Shown: positions 9,977-20,038, counted from the first letter of the stretch. The stretch is 64,000 bases of DNA from Methanothrix sp. (GCA_963682135.1 OY821645.1:960001-1024000); one strand, 5' to 3'. The notes: a model not told the origin generated them from the letters alone. Program-made: numbers and translations.

Positions 9977-10090
9977 AACCACAATCGCAAGCCTGGAGAG
10001 CTAAACATGAGACGGGTCTTGAGGGGTCACTTGGGAACTAAATTCCGGTTGGACTCTGCCCAACAACTTCATGCCCTTTGAGAAAGAAGA

Positions 10091-11605
10091 ATGTGTCAAA
10101 TGAATACTAATACGAGTTCAGATCCGAAAGCCACTGATATCCAGAACCGTGCCGTACTGCAGAACATCGCCCGAAAAGCCCTGATTATGCGAGGGCTGCT
10201 TCCCGAATTCTCCGTTCAAGCCTTGGCTGAGCTGGCCATGATTAAGGAGCCGGCAAAGGCGGGCCAGCCTGGCCAGGAGGCGCAGGTTCGGGACTTGAGG
10301 GATCTGCTCTGGGCTTCCATCGACAATGACGACTCTGAGGATTTGGACCAGCTCACCTTTGCCGAAGAGCTGTCGCAGGGAAGGACGAGGATTCGCGTCG
10401 CTGTGGCGGATGTGGATGCTCTGGTCAAGAAGAACTCTGCTATTGACCAGGACGCTGCGCACAACACCACTTCGATCTACACCGCCGCTCAGATATTTCC
10501 CATGTTGCCGCTGCAGCTGTCTACCAACCTCACCTCCCTGAATCTCAACGAGGACCGCTGGGCAATCGTAGTGGATATGACCATCGGCCCGGACGGCTCG
10601 CTCCTGGAATCGGATGTCTACCGGGCGGTTGTACGCAATCATGCCAAGCTGGCTTACAATAGCGTGGGTGCCTGGCTGGAAGAAAGGGCACCTGCACCCC
10701 AGGCGGTGACGGCTGTCCCGGGGCTGGCCGAGAATCTGCTTATCCAGGATCGGGCCGCCCAGAGGATGAAGAGCTTGCGGCACGCCCAGGGGGCTCTCAG
10801 TCTGGAAACCATCGAGGCCAGGCCGGTATTCGAGGGCGAGAAGATTAGCGGTCTCTTGGTGGAGGAAAAGAACCGGGCCAAGGAGATCATTGAGGACTTC
10901 ATGGTTGCTGCCAATGGTGTTACCGTGCGCTACCTCACCGCGAGAAATATTCCCTCTATCCGTCGCGTGGTACGTATTCCCAGAAGATGGGATCGAATCG
11001 TGGAGATTGCGGCTGAGCACGCCTTCAAGCTTCCCAAGAGTCCCAGTCCCAGAAAGCTGGAGATGTTTCTGACTATGATGAAAGCGGCCGATCCATTGCG
11101 TTTCCCGGATCTCTCTCTGGCTGTGATTAAGCTTCTGGGCAATGGCGAATATGTGGCGGAGCTGCCCGGAGAGGAAGCTACAGGACACTTCGCTCTGGCT
11201 GTAAAGGACTACACCCACTCCACCGCCCCCAACCGCCGCTACCCAGACCTGATCACACAGCGCCTGCTCAAAGCTGCCATTGAAAAGAGGCCGATGCCCT
11301 ATAGCCTGGAAGAGCTGGATTTTCTGGCTGAGAATTGCACTAAAAAAGAGGATGCAGTCGTCAAAGTGGAGAGGCAGGTGGGCAAATCAGCAGCAGCACT
11401 TCTGCTCGAATCGAGGATAGGAGAGAAGTTCGATGCCATGGTTACCGGGGCATCTGAGAAAGGCACCTGGGTCCGGCTCCTTGAGATTCCCGTGGAGGGG
11501 ATGCTCAAGAGCGGAAGTAAGGGACTCGACGTGGGTGACCGGGTCTTGGTAGAGCTGGAGTCTGTGAACGTGGAGCAGGGTTTTATTGATTTCATCAGAA
11601 AGTAG
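10091..11605 (+). CDS. RNB-domain 3'-5' exoribonuclease (RNase II/R family)
   Basis: SIDNDDSEDLDQ, VAVADV, IIEDFMVAAN, YTHSTAPNRRYPDL, C-terminal S1 domain. Confidence 0.92.
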   Translation: MCQMNTNTSSDPKATDIQNRAVLQNIARKALIMRGLLPEFSVQALAELAMIKEPAKAGQPGQEAQVRDLRDLLWASIDNDDSEDLDQLTFAEELSQGRTRIRVAVADVDALVKKNSAIDQDAAHNTTSIYTAAQIFPMLPLQLSTNLTSLNLNEDRWAIVVDMTIGPDGSLLESDVYRAVVRNHAKLAYNSVGAWLEERAPAPQAVTAVPGLAENLLIQDRAAQRMKSLRHAQGALSLETIEARPVFEGEKISGLLVEEKNRAKEIIEDFMVAANGVTVRYLTARNIPSIRRVVRIPRRWDRIVEIAAEHAFKLPKSPSPRKLEMFLTMMKAADPLRFPDLSLAVIKLLGNGEYVAELPGEEATGHFALAVKDYTHSTAPNRRYPDLITQRLLKAAIEKRPMPYSLEELDFLAENCTKKEDAVVKVERQVGKSAAALLLESRIGEKFDAMVTGASEKGTWVRLLEIPVEGMLKSGSKGLDVGDRVLVELESVNVEQGFIDFIRK

Positions 11606-11678
11606 ACTCAAATGAAAACAAAGGCGAAATCCAAAGGATTAATAATGATGGAGTTGGCTATCTAATGAGGAGATTTAG

Positions 11679-12827
11679 ATGTCAAGAGCATTGTTAATTG
11701 TTGTCCTGTTCCTGTCGGCGATCCTATCGGTAGCTTGTGGCCAGCAGGCGGATGTCAATGAACCGAACAATGAGATTGGAGATGCAACCGATCTGAGTTC
11801 CAGCCAGACGGTAAGCTCCAGCATTTACCCAGTACAGGATGGAGATTTCTACAAGATTTATGTTGACAGTCCTGGAATACTGCAGGCCCAGCTATCAAAT
11901 GTCCCTGCAGAGATGAAAAGCAGGATCGATTTCTACGGCAGGAACCATGAGTGGATAACCAGGAAGGATGCAGAGAACCCTGGTGAGGCGGTCGTCCTGA
12001 CCGTTGATATAGGCAAAGCCGGATGGTACTATTACGGAATTGGAGACCTCAATGGCGGTTCATACGGATCGGATTATTCCTTGGCGGTTTCCTTTGAGCC
12101 GGTGGTAGATGAGGAGCCCAACGGTGAGATTGGAGATGCAACCGAGATTCAATTAGCACAGCCGGTCAATGCATATATCTTCCCGGCAGGGGACGGAGAT
12201 TTCTACAAGGTATTTCTCAACAGCTCCGGCGTTCTGGATGCATCGCTAACCAATGTGCCCCAGGCCATTGCAGGCAGCATGAAGGGCCGGATCGATCTCT
12301 ACGGCAAGAACATGAACTGGATAACAAGAATGGATGCAGAGAATCCGGGGGATGATGCCACCCTGACCGTGGACATTGGCAATCCCGGATGGTATTACTT
12401 CGGAGTAGGCGATCTTAACGGCGGATCGTATAACTCGACCTATGGATTCCTGGTGAACTTCAAGCCTGTAGTTGATGAAGAGCCGAATAACGAGATAAGC
12501 GATGCTACGGAGATGCAGAAGGGAAGCGAGATCAAGGGATTTATCTTCCCGGCTGGGGATGGAGATTTCTATAAGATCTATGTTGATTCACCCGGGTCGC
12601 TACAGGCTTCACTGGCAGGGGTTCCAAAATCCACCAAGGCCAGCATGAAAGGCCGCATTGACTTCTACGGCAAGAACTACAACGGGATAACCAGAATGGA
12701 TGCCCAAAAGCCTGGTGACGATGTCCTCCTGAAAGTGGACACTGCCACGGCAGGATGGTATTACTTCGGCATCGGCGACCTCAATGGCGGGTCGTATGAT
12801 ACGGAATATACCTTCAAAGTGATTTAA
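11679..12827 (+). CDS. Secreted protein with three tandem PPC-like beta domains
   Basis: Signal peptide plus three repeats of about 120 aa: EPN-EI-DAT...DGDFYK...RIDFYG...GWYYFGIGDLNGGSY. Confidence 0.8.
   Translation: MSRALLIVVLFLSAILSVACGQQADVNEPNNEIGDATDLSSSQTVSSSIYPVQDGDFYKIYVDSPGILQAQLSNVPAEMKSRIDFYGRNHEWITRKDAENPGEAVVLTVDIGKAGWYYYGIGDLNGGSYGSDYSLAVSFEPVVDEEPNGEIGDATEIQLAQPVNAYIFPAGDGDFYKVFLNSSGVLDASLTNVPQAIAGSMKGRIDLYGKNMNWITRMDAENPGDDATLTVDIGNPGWYYFGVGDLNGGSYNSTYGFLVNFKPVVDEEPNNEISDATEMQKGSEIKGFIFPAGDGDFYKIYVDSPGSLQASLAGVPKSTKASMKGRIDFYGKNYNGITRMDAQKPGDDVLLKVDTATAGWYYFGIGDLNGGSYDTEYTFKVI
11760..12824 (+). repeat. Three internal tandem repeats (about 360-370 bp) within the PPC-like gene
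   Basis: Recurring GGAGATTTCTA(C/T)AAG and GGATGGTA(C/T)TA blocks at about 365-bp spacing. Confidence 0.8.
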
Positions 12828-13202
12828 TAGATTTGGGTTCGGCTTATCGCCGGACCTGAAGTCTTTATTTCATTTTTTCATTTGCTTTTGGTCCCGCCTT
12901 GATCCTCATCGTTGAGCGGATCGCATTTTTTGCGCAATCTCTACCAGCCCCGCTCCTAGCATGAGGCCAGGTTAGCTGCCGGCACTCTTGAGGCTAATAT
13001 GACCTTTGTCCAAGCCCTGACCGGGGCTACCAAGAGAGCCTACGCAACATTAGTAGTAGCCGGCATTCCCGCCTCCAATGCCGAACTCGGGGGGAGACGC
13101 AGGCCAGGAGGCCCTCCGGCCCATCCAGAACATGTGTCTGAGAACTGCAGGACACTTAAGTTCTGGCAATTTAGCTTTCAAGAGGATCAAACGGTACCAA
13201 GC

Positions 13203-14255
13203 TCATTGCCGAATGACGCTCTCGATCCGAAAGATCCCCTTCTCCTCTTTGATCTCAATTCTCCTATCCAGGAAATGCCCGGCCGTCCAGATATTGGTCC
13301 TGGCATGCAAGGAGATCTCTCGCACTGTGTAACTTCCCCCCGCCAGGGCCAGATAGGGAATAAGCTGGTCGGCCAGGTGCACGTCCACACCAGCTGCCGA
13401 TTTCAACTCTAAGATCAGCTCCTCTGCCGCTCTTCGGCCCACTTTTTCTGCCGGAACGCCCCTCTCGCCAAGTGAGCTTGCTCCCTTGTTGCCGTACCAG
13501 AGCGTGATCCCGCTTCCCAGAGATGGCAGGCGCAAAGCCTCACGAGATATTTGCGCAGGAAAGCCCTCCTGCGCCAGCGCCTGCTCAGCCGATTCAGCCT
13601 GCCTGACAGCCACATGATCGGGCAGGTTGGAGCAGTGAGACACTCCCTGCACCTCACTTCGCATTCTCTGCATATTCTGTGTATTTCGAATAGTCTGCCC
13701 GCCGCAATCTGGACTTTCCAGGTGAGAAGCCAACAGCCTTACCGGCTCTACCTGCAAGAGCACCTCGCCCTCCCCTCTTGGATAGTATCCTCTCTGCAAG
13801 ACCTCAAGGCTCACCCTGGCCCCGAAAGAGGATAGAGCCGGCAAAAATACATATTTAAAATAGTCAACCGCAGGAGACCATTGCACATCCGTGCCTCCCT
13901 GGATTTGCAGAGAAGATGGCCTATCGGCATAAAGCAGAGCTGGCAGAAGGCACTGCATGAGCAATGTCACGCTTCCTGCAGTTCCAATCTCCACCCTGTG
14001 TCTGCCGCCTTGAATCTTACCCGGTGTGAAGATGATCTCGGAAGATCCCGGCGTGGCCCCCGATGTCCTGGCATCACAGATTTCCGCCAATGCCCTCAAA
14101 GCCCGGGCATGCTGCGCCGCAAGCCCTGGTTTTGGCCGGCCCTGCCGGATCCTGGTTATGTGCACCGGCTTTCCCGTCACCGCCGAAAGGGCCACGGCTG
14201 TGCGCACGATCTGGCCGCCACCTTCTCCAAATGAGCCGTCTATCTCTATCATCAA
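13203..14255 (-). CDS. rtcA: RNA 3'-terminal phosphate cyclase
   Basis: IDGSFGEGGGQIVR, RPKPGLAAQH, GGTDV, RGYYPRG, DVHLADQ, SLHARTN. Confidence 0.96.
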   Translation of the reverse strand: MMIEIDGSFGEGGGQIVRTAVALSAVTGKPVHITRIRQGRPKPGLAAQHARALRALAEICDARTSGATPGSSEIIFTPGKIQGGRHRVEIGTAGSVTLLMQCLLPALLYADRPSSLQIQGGTDVQWSPAVDYFKYVFLPALSSFGARVSLEVLQRGYYPRGEGEVLLQVEPVRLLASHLESPDCGGQTIRNTQNMQRMRSEVQGVSHCSNLPDHVAVRQAESAEQALAQEGFPAQISREALRLPSLGSGITLWYGNKGASSLGERGVPAEKVGRRAAEELILELKSAAGVDVHLADQLIPYLALAGGSYTVREISLHARTNIWTAGHFLDRRIEIKEEKGIFRIESVIRQ

Positions 14256-14265
14256 TTGCGATCCT

Positions 14266-15087
14266 TCATTTTGGCTTGATGCCGCTGACCTTTACACTGG
14301 AGATACAATCCTCAACTCTCTTTATCTCTTCAGTTGATCCGTCCAGGCTCTTTAGAATCGCCTGGCCGGTGGGATCATTGGTCATGCAGTCCAGGGGGAA
14401 GACGGACTCTTGCATAACACACACGTCATTGAATCCGGCTGATCTTATGGCATCCAGATACTTATCTTTCTGCAAGGCACCAGCAACGCATCCCACATAA
14501 GCTTTAATCGATTGCTTGACGAAATCTGGTAGTCCTTTCAAAAGGACGATATCCGAGACCATCAGTCTGCCGCCGGGCTTTAGGACTCTAAATGCCTCCT
14601 GGAAAGCCTTCTTTTTGTCCGGCACCAGATTGATGACGCAGTTGGATATGATGACATCGACGGTATTATCCTCGACCGGCAAGGCCTCAATCTCACCCTG
14701 CCGAAACTCCACATTATTGTAGGCACCGTGATCTGCATTGGCCTTGGCCCGCGCCACCATCTCCGCCGTCATATCGACACCGATGACTTTTCCTTGCGGG
14801 CCTACAATCTTCGAAGCCAAAAAGCAATCGAAACCTGCTCCCGACCCGAGGTCAAGGACAGTCTCACCCTCTCTTAGGGAGGCAAAGGCAATCGGATTTC
14901 CGCAGCCAAGCCCCAGGTTTGCTCCCTCGGGGACGGCCCCTATCTGCTCCTCTGAGTAACCGATCTTCTTGCTGATGCTCTGTGGCTTGGCAGATCCGCA
15001 GCAGCCTGACGAACAGCAGGACCCGGCATTCTTTGCCACACGCGAGTAACTCTCTTTTACCGCATTCTTCAGCTCTTGATCATTCAT
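14266..15087 (-). CDS. arsM: Arsenite methyltransferase
   Basis: SCCSSGCC N-terminus, LGLGCGNP, LDLGSGAGFD, SNCVINL, GCVAGA. Confidence 0.92.
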   Translation of the reverse strand: MNDQELKNAVKESYSRVAKNAGSCCSSGCCGSAKPQSISKKIGYSEEQIGAVPEGANLGLGCGNPIAFASLREGETVLDLGSGAGFDCFLASKIVGPQGKVIGVDMTAEMVARAKANADHGAYNNVEFRQGEIEALPVEDNTVDVIISNCVINLVPDKKKAFQEAFRVLKPGGRLMVSDIVLLKGLPDFVKQSIKAYVGCVAGALQKDKYLDAIRSAGFNDVCVMQESVFPLDCMTNDPTGQAILKSLDGSTEEIKRVEDCISSVKVSGIKPK

Positions 15088-15389
15088 TTTTTCCCACCTG
15101 CCTCATCCTTAAAAGCCTCGTTAATTACCGGCCCCAGTCGCGATTTGACCATGCCTTCCAGCTCTTCTACCTTGATCAGAGACAGGCAACAGACCTTGCC
15201 GTCTTTCATCAAGCTTAGCAGAGCCAACTTGTCACCCGGCTTAATCTTTGCTCTCTCCCTGATCTCTTTGGGGAGCACCATCTGCCCTCTCTCGTCAATG
15301 GTTACAATCGACTCTACGCTGCAACTGCCTATCTCATTTGGCTGGCAGCAGGATTCAGACTTGCATTCAGACTTGCCATTTGTGGTCAT
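15084..15389 (-). CDS. AbrB/MazE-fold protein, HgcC-like
   Basis: CC-rich N-terminus, VESIVTIDERGQMVLPKEIRERAKIKPGDKL, VCC motif; ATGA overlap with arsM. Confidence 0.8.
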   Translation of the reverse strand: MTTNGKSECKSESCCQPNEIGSCSVESIVTIDERGQMVLPKEIRERAKIKPGDKLALLSLMKDGKVCCLSLIKVEELEGMVKSRLGPVINEAFKDEAGGKK

Positions 15390-15676
15390 TTTGTTACCTC
15401 ATGCAATTATTGCTGCTGCAAATGCAGCATCTTCTGAGAATATAAGCTTTTCTGAAAAATCAGAATAATTAGATCAATCTACATTTCGCGCCCATCGGGC
15501 CGAACATCTTTGCGTTCCTGGTAAGAAGCAATGCACATGACTGCCAAGACGAAAAACAGGAGCATCAATTCCGCAAGGAGATCTCCGAGCAGAAGAAACG
15601 AATCGCGTTGATCTCGACAAATGTACGGCCATGCCATAAATAGAAAAAGAGGCTTTCAGGCCGAGATTGGTTGCGG

Positions 15677-15955
15677 TTACCTTACAGCCTCCGCATATTG
15701 CCTGGAAAACTCCTCGCATTGGCCGATGATGCGCCCTGTGGCCTCTTTCAGAACAACTATGGGGTCCACACCAGACGTCGTCGTCAGACGGAAGACGGGG
15801 TTGTCCATTATGGGAAACTTGGTGTCGTAGGTTGCCATCAGCACCCTTTCATCAGCCAGGAGTTCAGTTCGCAGCAAATTCAAGATCGTATGACCTTCCC
15901 CTACAAACTCGATAATGGCCTGATTTTCCGTCTTCTTAATAATCTTCAAATTCAT
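15677..15955 (-). CDS. rpoL: RNA polymerase subunit L (Rpo11)
   Basis: GEGHTILNLLR...ATYD...P; follows csl4 with overlapping stop/start; start at MNLKII. Confidence 0.9.
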   Translation of the reverse strand: MNLKIIKKTENQAIIEFVGEGHTILNLLRTELLADERVLMATYDTKFPIMDNPVFRLTTTSGVDPIVVLKEATGRIIGQCEEFSRQYAEAVR

Positions 15956-16515
15956 CAAACCACTCCCAGACCATAGGCGGAACTCATTTTGCGCGTCTCG
16001 GTATTGGCACAATTGGGGCAGACCAATTTGTTTTCTTTCTTGACCAGGCCTGCAAGACAACGATTGCAGTAAGCCTTGATGACACCCAGGTCCTCATCGC
16101 CCGTGGTAAGCCTCATCTGCCGATCGTCAATAATCTTGGCCTTGAGAATATCGCGAATCGAGAAAAGGTGACGCAGGTCTTTGACATAGGAGTTTCTCAC
16201 ATTGGATATGTGAATGGTCGCCTCCTCGTCCGAGATGGGTCTGTCCTCATGCCCCTTCTTGAAGGCCAGCGATATTATGACCAGGCTGTCCTTGAGATCA
16301 ACTACCTCTCCCACCACTATATCGCCCTGAGAGAGCTTTACCGGGGCATTGGTTTTGGGTATGACACTCGCAGATCTGGCTCTAGAATCGATCTTGACCA
16401 GGCCTGCGGTTGAAGCAAAAATCGTTCCTGATCGAGCATAGGTGCAGTCTCCGGGAACAAACTCCTCGGTCGATCCCACCACATCTCCAGGAAGTACAAA
16501 ACTACCGTCCATCAT
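15955..16515 (-). CDS. csl4: Exosome RNA-binding protein Csl4
   Basis: VLPGD...EEFVPG, S1 domain IHISNV, LGVIKAYCNRC...CPNC...ETRKMS. Confidence 0.95.
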   Translation of the reverse strand: MMDGSFVLPGDVVGSTEEFVPGDCTYARSGTIFASTAGLVKIDSRARSASVIPKTNAPVKLSQGDIVVGEVVDLKDSLVIISLAFKKGHEDRPISDEEATIHISNVRNSYVKDLRHLFSIRDILKAKIIDDRQMRLTTGDEDLGVIKAYCNRCLAGLVKKENKLVCPNCANTETRKMSSAYGLGVV

Positions 16516-16590
16516 AATTCCTCAATGAATCCTCTAGTATCTATAGTCTAGCATCACATGATTGCTGTCTCAAGTCTCTGTCTCGAATCT

Positions 16591-17178
16591 CTAGCATGTT
16601 ATTCTATATAGCTCAACCCCAATGACCTTGACATCTTGGCTATGAAAGTCGAAACATCTCTTCAAGGGAAAGGGAATGCGATAAATCTCCTGCACAGTGC
16701 AGGGTTTCATAAAGCTTCTCACGAAACCTTCGCTTCCCTGATTATGCAATGAGTAGATAGTCTTGGCGATCTTCCGGGCGCAGCAGAGAAAAGCGCGGTC
16801 TCCAAAGCTCGTTTTCTGGGCTCCAAAGGGAGGATTCATGACCACGGTATCGATGTCCCTGAGGGCCAATTGTCTCACATCGGCGCGGATGAAGTCCACA
16901 TCCACATTTAATTTCTCTGCATTTCTCCTGGCTATGGCCAAAGCCTCAACGTCAATCTCCACACCAATGGCCCTTGCACCCAGCAGGGCCGCGCCTATGG
17001 CCAGCACGCCCGTACCGCATCCCAGATCACACACTGTGCCAAGCTCTGCGCGCATTCCTGCCAGGAAAAGCATCTCTGCAGCGACCGAGGCGGGCGTAGC
17101 ATACTGCTCCTTTTGAAAAGAAGGACGACCAAAGCCCTCCAGCCGCTCCAGCATCATCTCAAGCTGCTTTCTCTTCAT
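16591..17178 (-). CDS. METTL5-family methyltransferase
   Basis: EQYATP, DLGCGTG, MNPPFG, IYSLH, FDFH. Confidence 0.9.
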   Translation of the reverse strand: MKRKQLEMMLERLEGFGRPSFQKEQYATPASVAAEMLFLAGMRAELGTVCDLGCGTGVLAIGAALLGARAIGVEIDVEALAIARRNAEKLNVDVDFIRADVRQLALRDIDTVVMNPPFGAQKTSFGDRAFLCCARKIAKTIYSLHNQGSEGFVRSFMKPCTVQEIYRIPFPLKRCFDFHSQDVKVIGVELYRITC

Positions 17179-17206
17179 ATCTGCCAGGCAGACATGCCAT
17201 TTCGGC

Positions 17207-19456
17207 CTATATGAAGTATATTATTGCCTCAACTGCCAGGAGCATAACCAGGAGAACCGTCATGACCTTAAGCAGGAATATTGCTTTCGAGAGGCCGAAG
17301 GGGCTTTCCAAAGACTCTTTCTCAATTTCGGGAGCTTTTACGGCCTCGAAAAATTCCGCGGGCTCATTATTCCCGTCATCCGTTTTCTCTTCAGATCTCT
17401 CATCGTCTTTTATCTCCTTATATCTCTCTTCCGTAACATCCGTGGATGCTCTTTCCTGCGATTCATGCATCACATCCTCTGGTTTATGGGGCGTCTCATT
17501 GTTAGCGCAGAATTGCTGCCTAATGGGCGGCATAAGAAGCTGACCGTAATTCTTGCAGGCCATTTCGGTTTTCAGGGGGACCATGCATCCATCCGCCAAG
17601 ATCAGCTCTCTTGCCTCATACCTCTCTCTTGAGACCTCCCGGACAGGTAGGTCGGCATCTGCTATGGGCTGCGTATCAGATTCATGCAGATCATTTATCT
17701 TGATATTGACTGCAAATTCTCCTGTTTCGTTCTTGGGCAAAAGATGCAAGGACTCATCCCAGATCAATATGCTATTACTGTCATCTATTTTACTTAGCGA
17801 ATTGCTCGCCATGACAAAAGCAATAAGAAGCAAAGCCTTCTGACAAGGACGGATCCCATTTGCAGCCGCCCCCTCTAAAATTTCTGCCGCCTGCACAATC
17901 CTATTAGCGCTGCTATCAGCGCTACTTTCTCTCCCCTCGATTTCCGCCGCGCAAAAATGCTTTTCTGCATGGCGCAAAGCTCCGGCAGCTATCTGCAACT
18001 TCTCGGCAGATTCTCTACCCAGTCTCTGCAAATCCAGGCCGGCATTGATATTCTTCAGAGCTTGGTAAAGATAGTCCCCCGCTTCTTCAGAGGGACACAC
18101 CTGGACCGCTCCTATGAGATATTCAAGTGCATTGTTCAGGGCACGGGACTGCATTAAGGGCTCTTCGGCTAAGAGCCCAATGCGATAGACTTCCTTCATG
18201 CCGGCGATAATTTTTTGCGTGTCCAGTATTTTGGCTTTATTGCCGTTATTGGCATTTGCAGCAGCGCAGTCCAGGAATTCCTGAGCCTTCTCCAGCAAGA
18301 TTAAAGCCTCCTCACCTGGGACCCGCCCGCTGACTCTGGCCAGATAGGACTGACTGTTGGCAATTGCCTCGGCCACTTTGATCTCATCCTGGCCTTCCCC
18401 CAGGGTAGATGCCAGCGATTGATAACGGTTCGCTGCCTGGACGAATAGCATAGAGGCCTCATTTGTTCGCTTGGAACTGATTGGCAGGTCCGGTTCTTCT
18501 TGCAGCTTATTTCTTGCCAGAGAGCTGTAGGTCTTCGCCAGGCAATAGAGCGCATTCTGATAGCCTGGCTTCATTTGACGAGGAATGAGAAGAACAGCAC
18601 TCTCCAGCGGTTCGCGAGCCGCTGTTGCCTGTCCCATCTGCAGGTAGGTACGTCCCAGGTTGGATAAGACAATTCCCTGGCTCTGACTCTCGCCAAGTGC
18701 TGCGAACAGAGATAGGCTGGTATTGAAGTAGTACAATGCCTTATCCCAGTCCATTCTCTGGCCGGCAATTCTTCCCAGCCGGTCCATTACCCAGGCAGAG
18801 CTCCTTTTATCGCCCAATCTCTCAAAGTCGGTCAGGCTTCTCTCGAAGTATCGAGCGGCAAGCTCCTTCTCTCCCATATCGACATAGACCCGGCCGAGGC
18901 TTCCCGTCATCTGAGCTATGCCGAGATCATCGCCCTCTTCCTCGAAGGTCTTCAGGCTGCGGTAGCAGTGCTCTATGGCTTTGTCCCATTCCCCGCTCTT
19001 CCTGTAAGCTGAGCCCAAGTTCCCCAATACATGGGCGAGGCCGATATGGTCCCCCTCCCTGGCAAAGCTGTCGGCAGCCTTCTGATAGTAGAAAACAGCT
19101 TTCGCCAAATCTCCCTGATGAACGAATGCCTGACCCAGATTGCTCTGGAGCACAGGCCGCAAAATAGGATCGCGACAGAGAGACAAAGCTCGATTGTATG
19201 TATTTGCGGCGAGATCGGGCAGTCCCGCCCTGCGACTGATGTCGCCCAGCCGCTTGAGCTCATAAACATCTTGTAGCTTAAGAGAGAGTTTGCGGCAGAC
19301 ATCCGGGTCAATTCTGCCCTTTCGTGCGCTTTCCAGCAATTCGCTTAGCAGTTCAGGACAACTTCCTTCGATGGCATTACTATCGATTTTTTGTAGACCA
19401 TCACCTCCTTTGGAAAGGGATGCATATATTTCTTGGAGAACAACTAATTGATTCAT
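17207..19456 (-). CDS. TPR-repeat protein with C-terminal transmembrane anchor
   Basis: Repeated (S/G)NLG...Y...G-WDKA TPR units in the N-terminal third; acidic linker; hydrophobic C-terminus. Confidence 0.8.
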   Translation of the reverse strand: MNQLVVLQEIYASLSKGGDGLQKIDSNAIEGSCPELLSELLESARKGRIDPDVCRKLSLKLQDVYELKRLGDISRRAGLPDLAANTYNRALSLCRDPILRPVLQSNLGQAFVHQGDLAKAVFYYQKAADSFAREGDHIGLAHVLGNLGSAYRKSGEWDKAIEHCYRSLKTFEEEGDDLGIAQMTGSLGRVYVDMGEKELAARYFERSLTDFERLGDKRSSAWVMDRLGRIAGQRMDWDKALYYFNTSLSLFAALGESQSQGIVLSNLGRTYLQMGQATAAREPLESAVLLIPRQMKPGYQNALYCLAKTYSSLARNKLQEEPDLPISSKRTNEASMLFVQAANRYQSLASTLGEGQDEIKVAEAIANSQSYLARVSGRVPGEEALILLEKAQEFLDCAAANANNGNKAKILDTQKIIAGMKEVYRIGLLAEEPLMQSRALNNALEYLIGAVQVCPSEEAGDYLYQALKNINAGLDLQRLGRESAEKLQIAAGALRHAEKHFCAAEIEGRESSADSSANRIVQAAEILEGAAANGIRPCQKALLLIAFVMASNSLSKIDDSNSILIWDESLHLLPKNETGEFAVNIKINDLHESDTQPIADADLPVREVSRERYEARELILADGCMVPLKTEMACKNYGQLLMPPIRQQFCANNETPHKPEDVMHESQERASTDVTEERYKEIKDDERSEEKTDDGNNEPAEFFEAVKAPEIEKESLESPFGLSKAIFLLKVMTVLLVMLLAVEAIIYFI

Positions 19457-19585
19457 GAGTTATAAGATAACTTATATCTTTATATAGTTTTTGAAACGTC
19501 TAATTTTGCGATTTCTATTCAGGGTTTATTCAGATCAAGCACGCAAAAGGGTAATCATTAATGACAGTTAAATTAGGTCTACTGG

Positions 19586-20038
19586 GTGAGATTTATGAAT
19601 GAGAGCACAAATGAGGGTTGCATTTTCTGCGATATTATCGAAGGCAAGGCGCCAGGCAGCAGGATCTATGAGGACGAACTCTCTTTAGCCATACTTGATA
19701 TCAATCCCTTCTCGAAAGGGCATTGCCTTGTCATTCCCAAGAGGCATGTGCCATGGTGGCATGAGCTGACCCTTGAGGAGAATGCCAGCCTCTTTCGGGT
19801 AGCAAAGGTAGTAGCTGAAAAGATGATGGCGGCTTTAAAGCCGGACTTTGTCTGCATGTATGCCCGGGGCAGAAGAATACCGCATACCCACATATTCCTG
19901 GTTCCTACCTACAGCGGGGATGTGCTGGACAGATTCTTCAATGCACTGGAACTGTTCCAGGAATCGCCGCCAGCACTGACCGCTTTGCGAGAGGAGAATT
20001 CCCAGGAAGATGCGGCCAAGCTTCTCAGGAACGCATAA
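19586..20038 (+). CDS. HIT family hydrolase
   Basis: CIFCDII, LDINP, GHCLVIPKRH, HTHIF (third His replaced by F). Confidence 0.88.
   Translation: MRFMNESTNEGCIFCDIIEGKAPGSRIYEDELSLAILDINPFSKGHCLVIPKRHVPWWHELTLEENASLFRVAKVVAEKMMAALKPDFVCMYARGRRIPHTHIFLVPTYSGDVLDRFFNALELFQESPPALTALREENSQEDAAKLLRNA

Noticed and set aside
10012-10027. 16-nt match ACGGGTCTTGAGGGGT to the 3' arm of the T7 terminator
   Set aside because: The 5' arm and T-tract are absent and there is no other vector sequence; treated as coincidence.
12900-13200. GC-rich intergenic stretch considered as SRP or RNase P RNA
   Set aside because: No SRP helix-8 or RNase P conserved motifs found and the minus-strand frames are broken; possibly a decayed gene, but unsupported.
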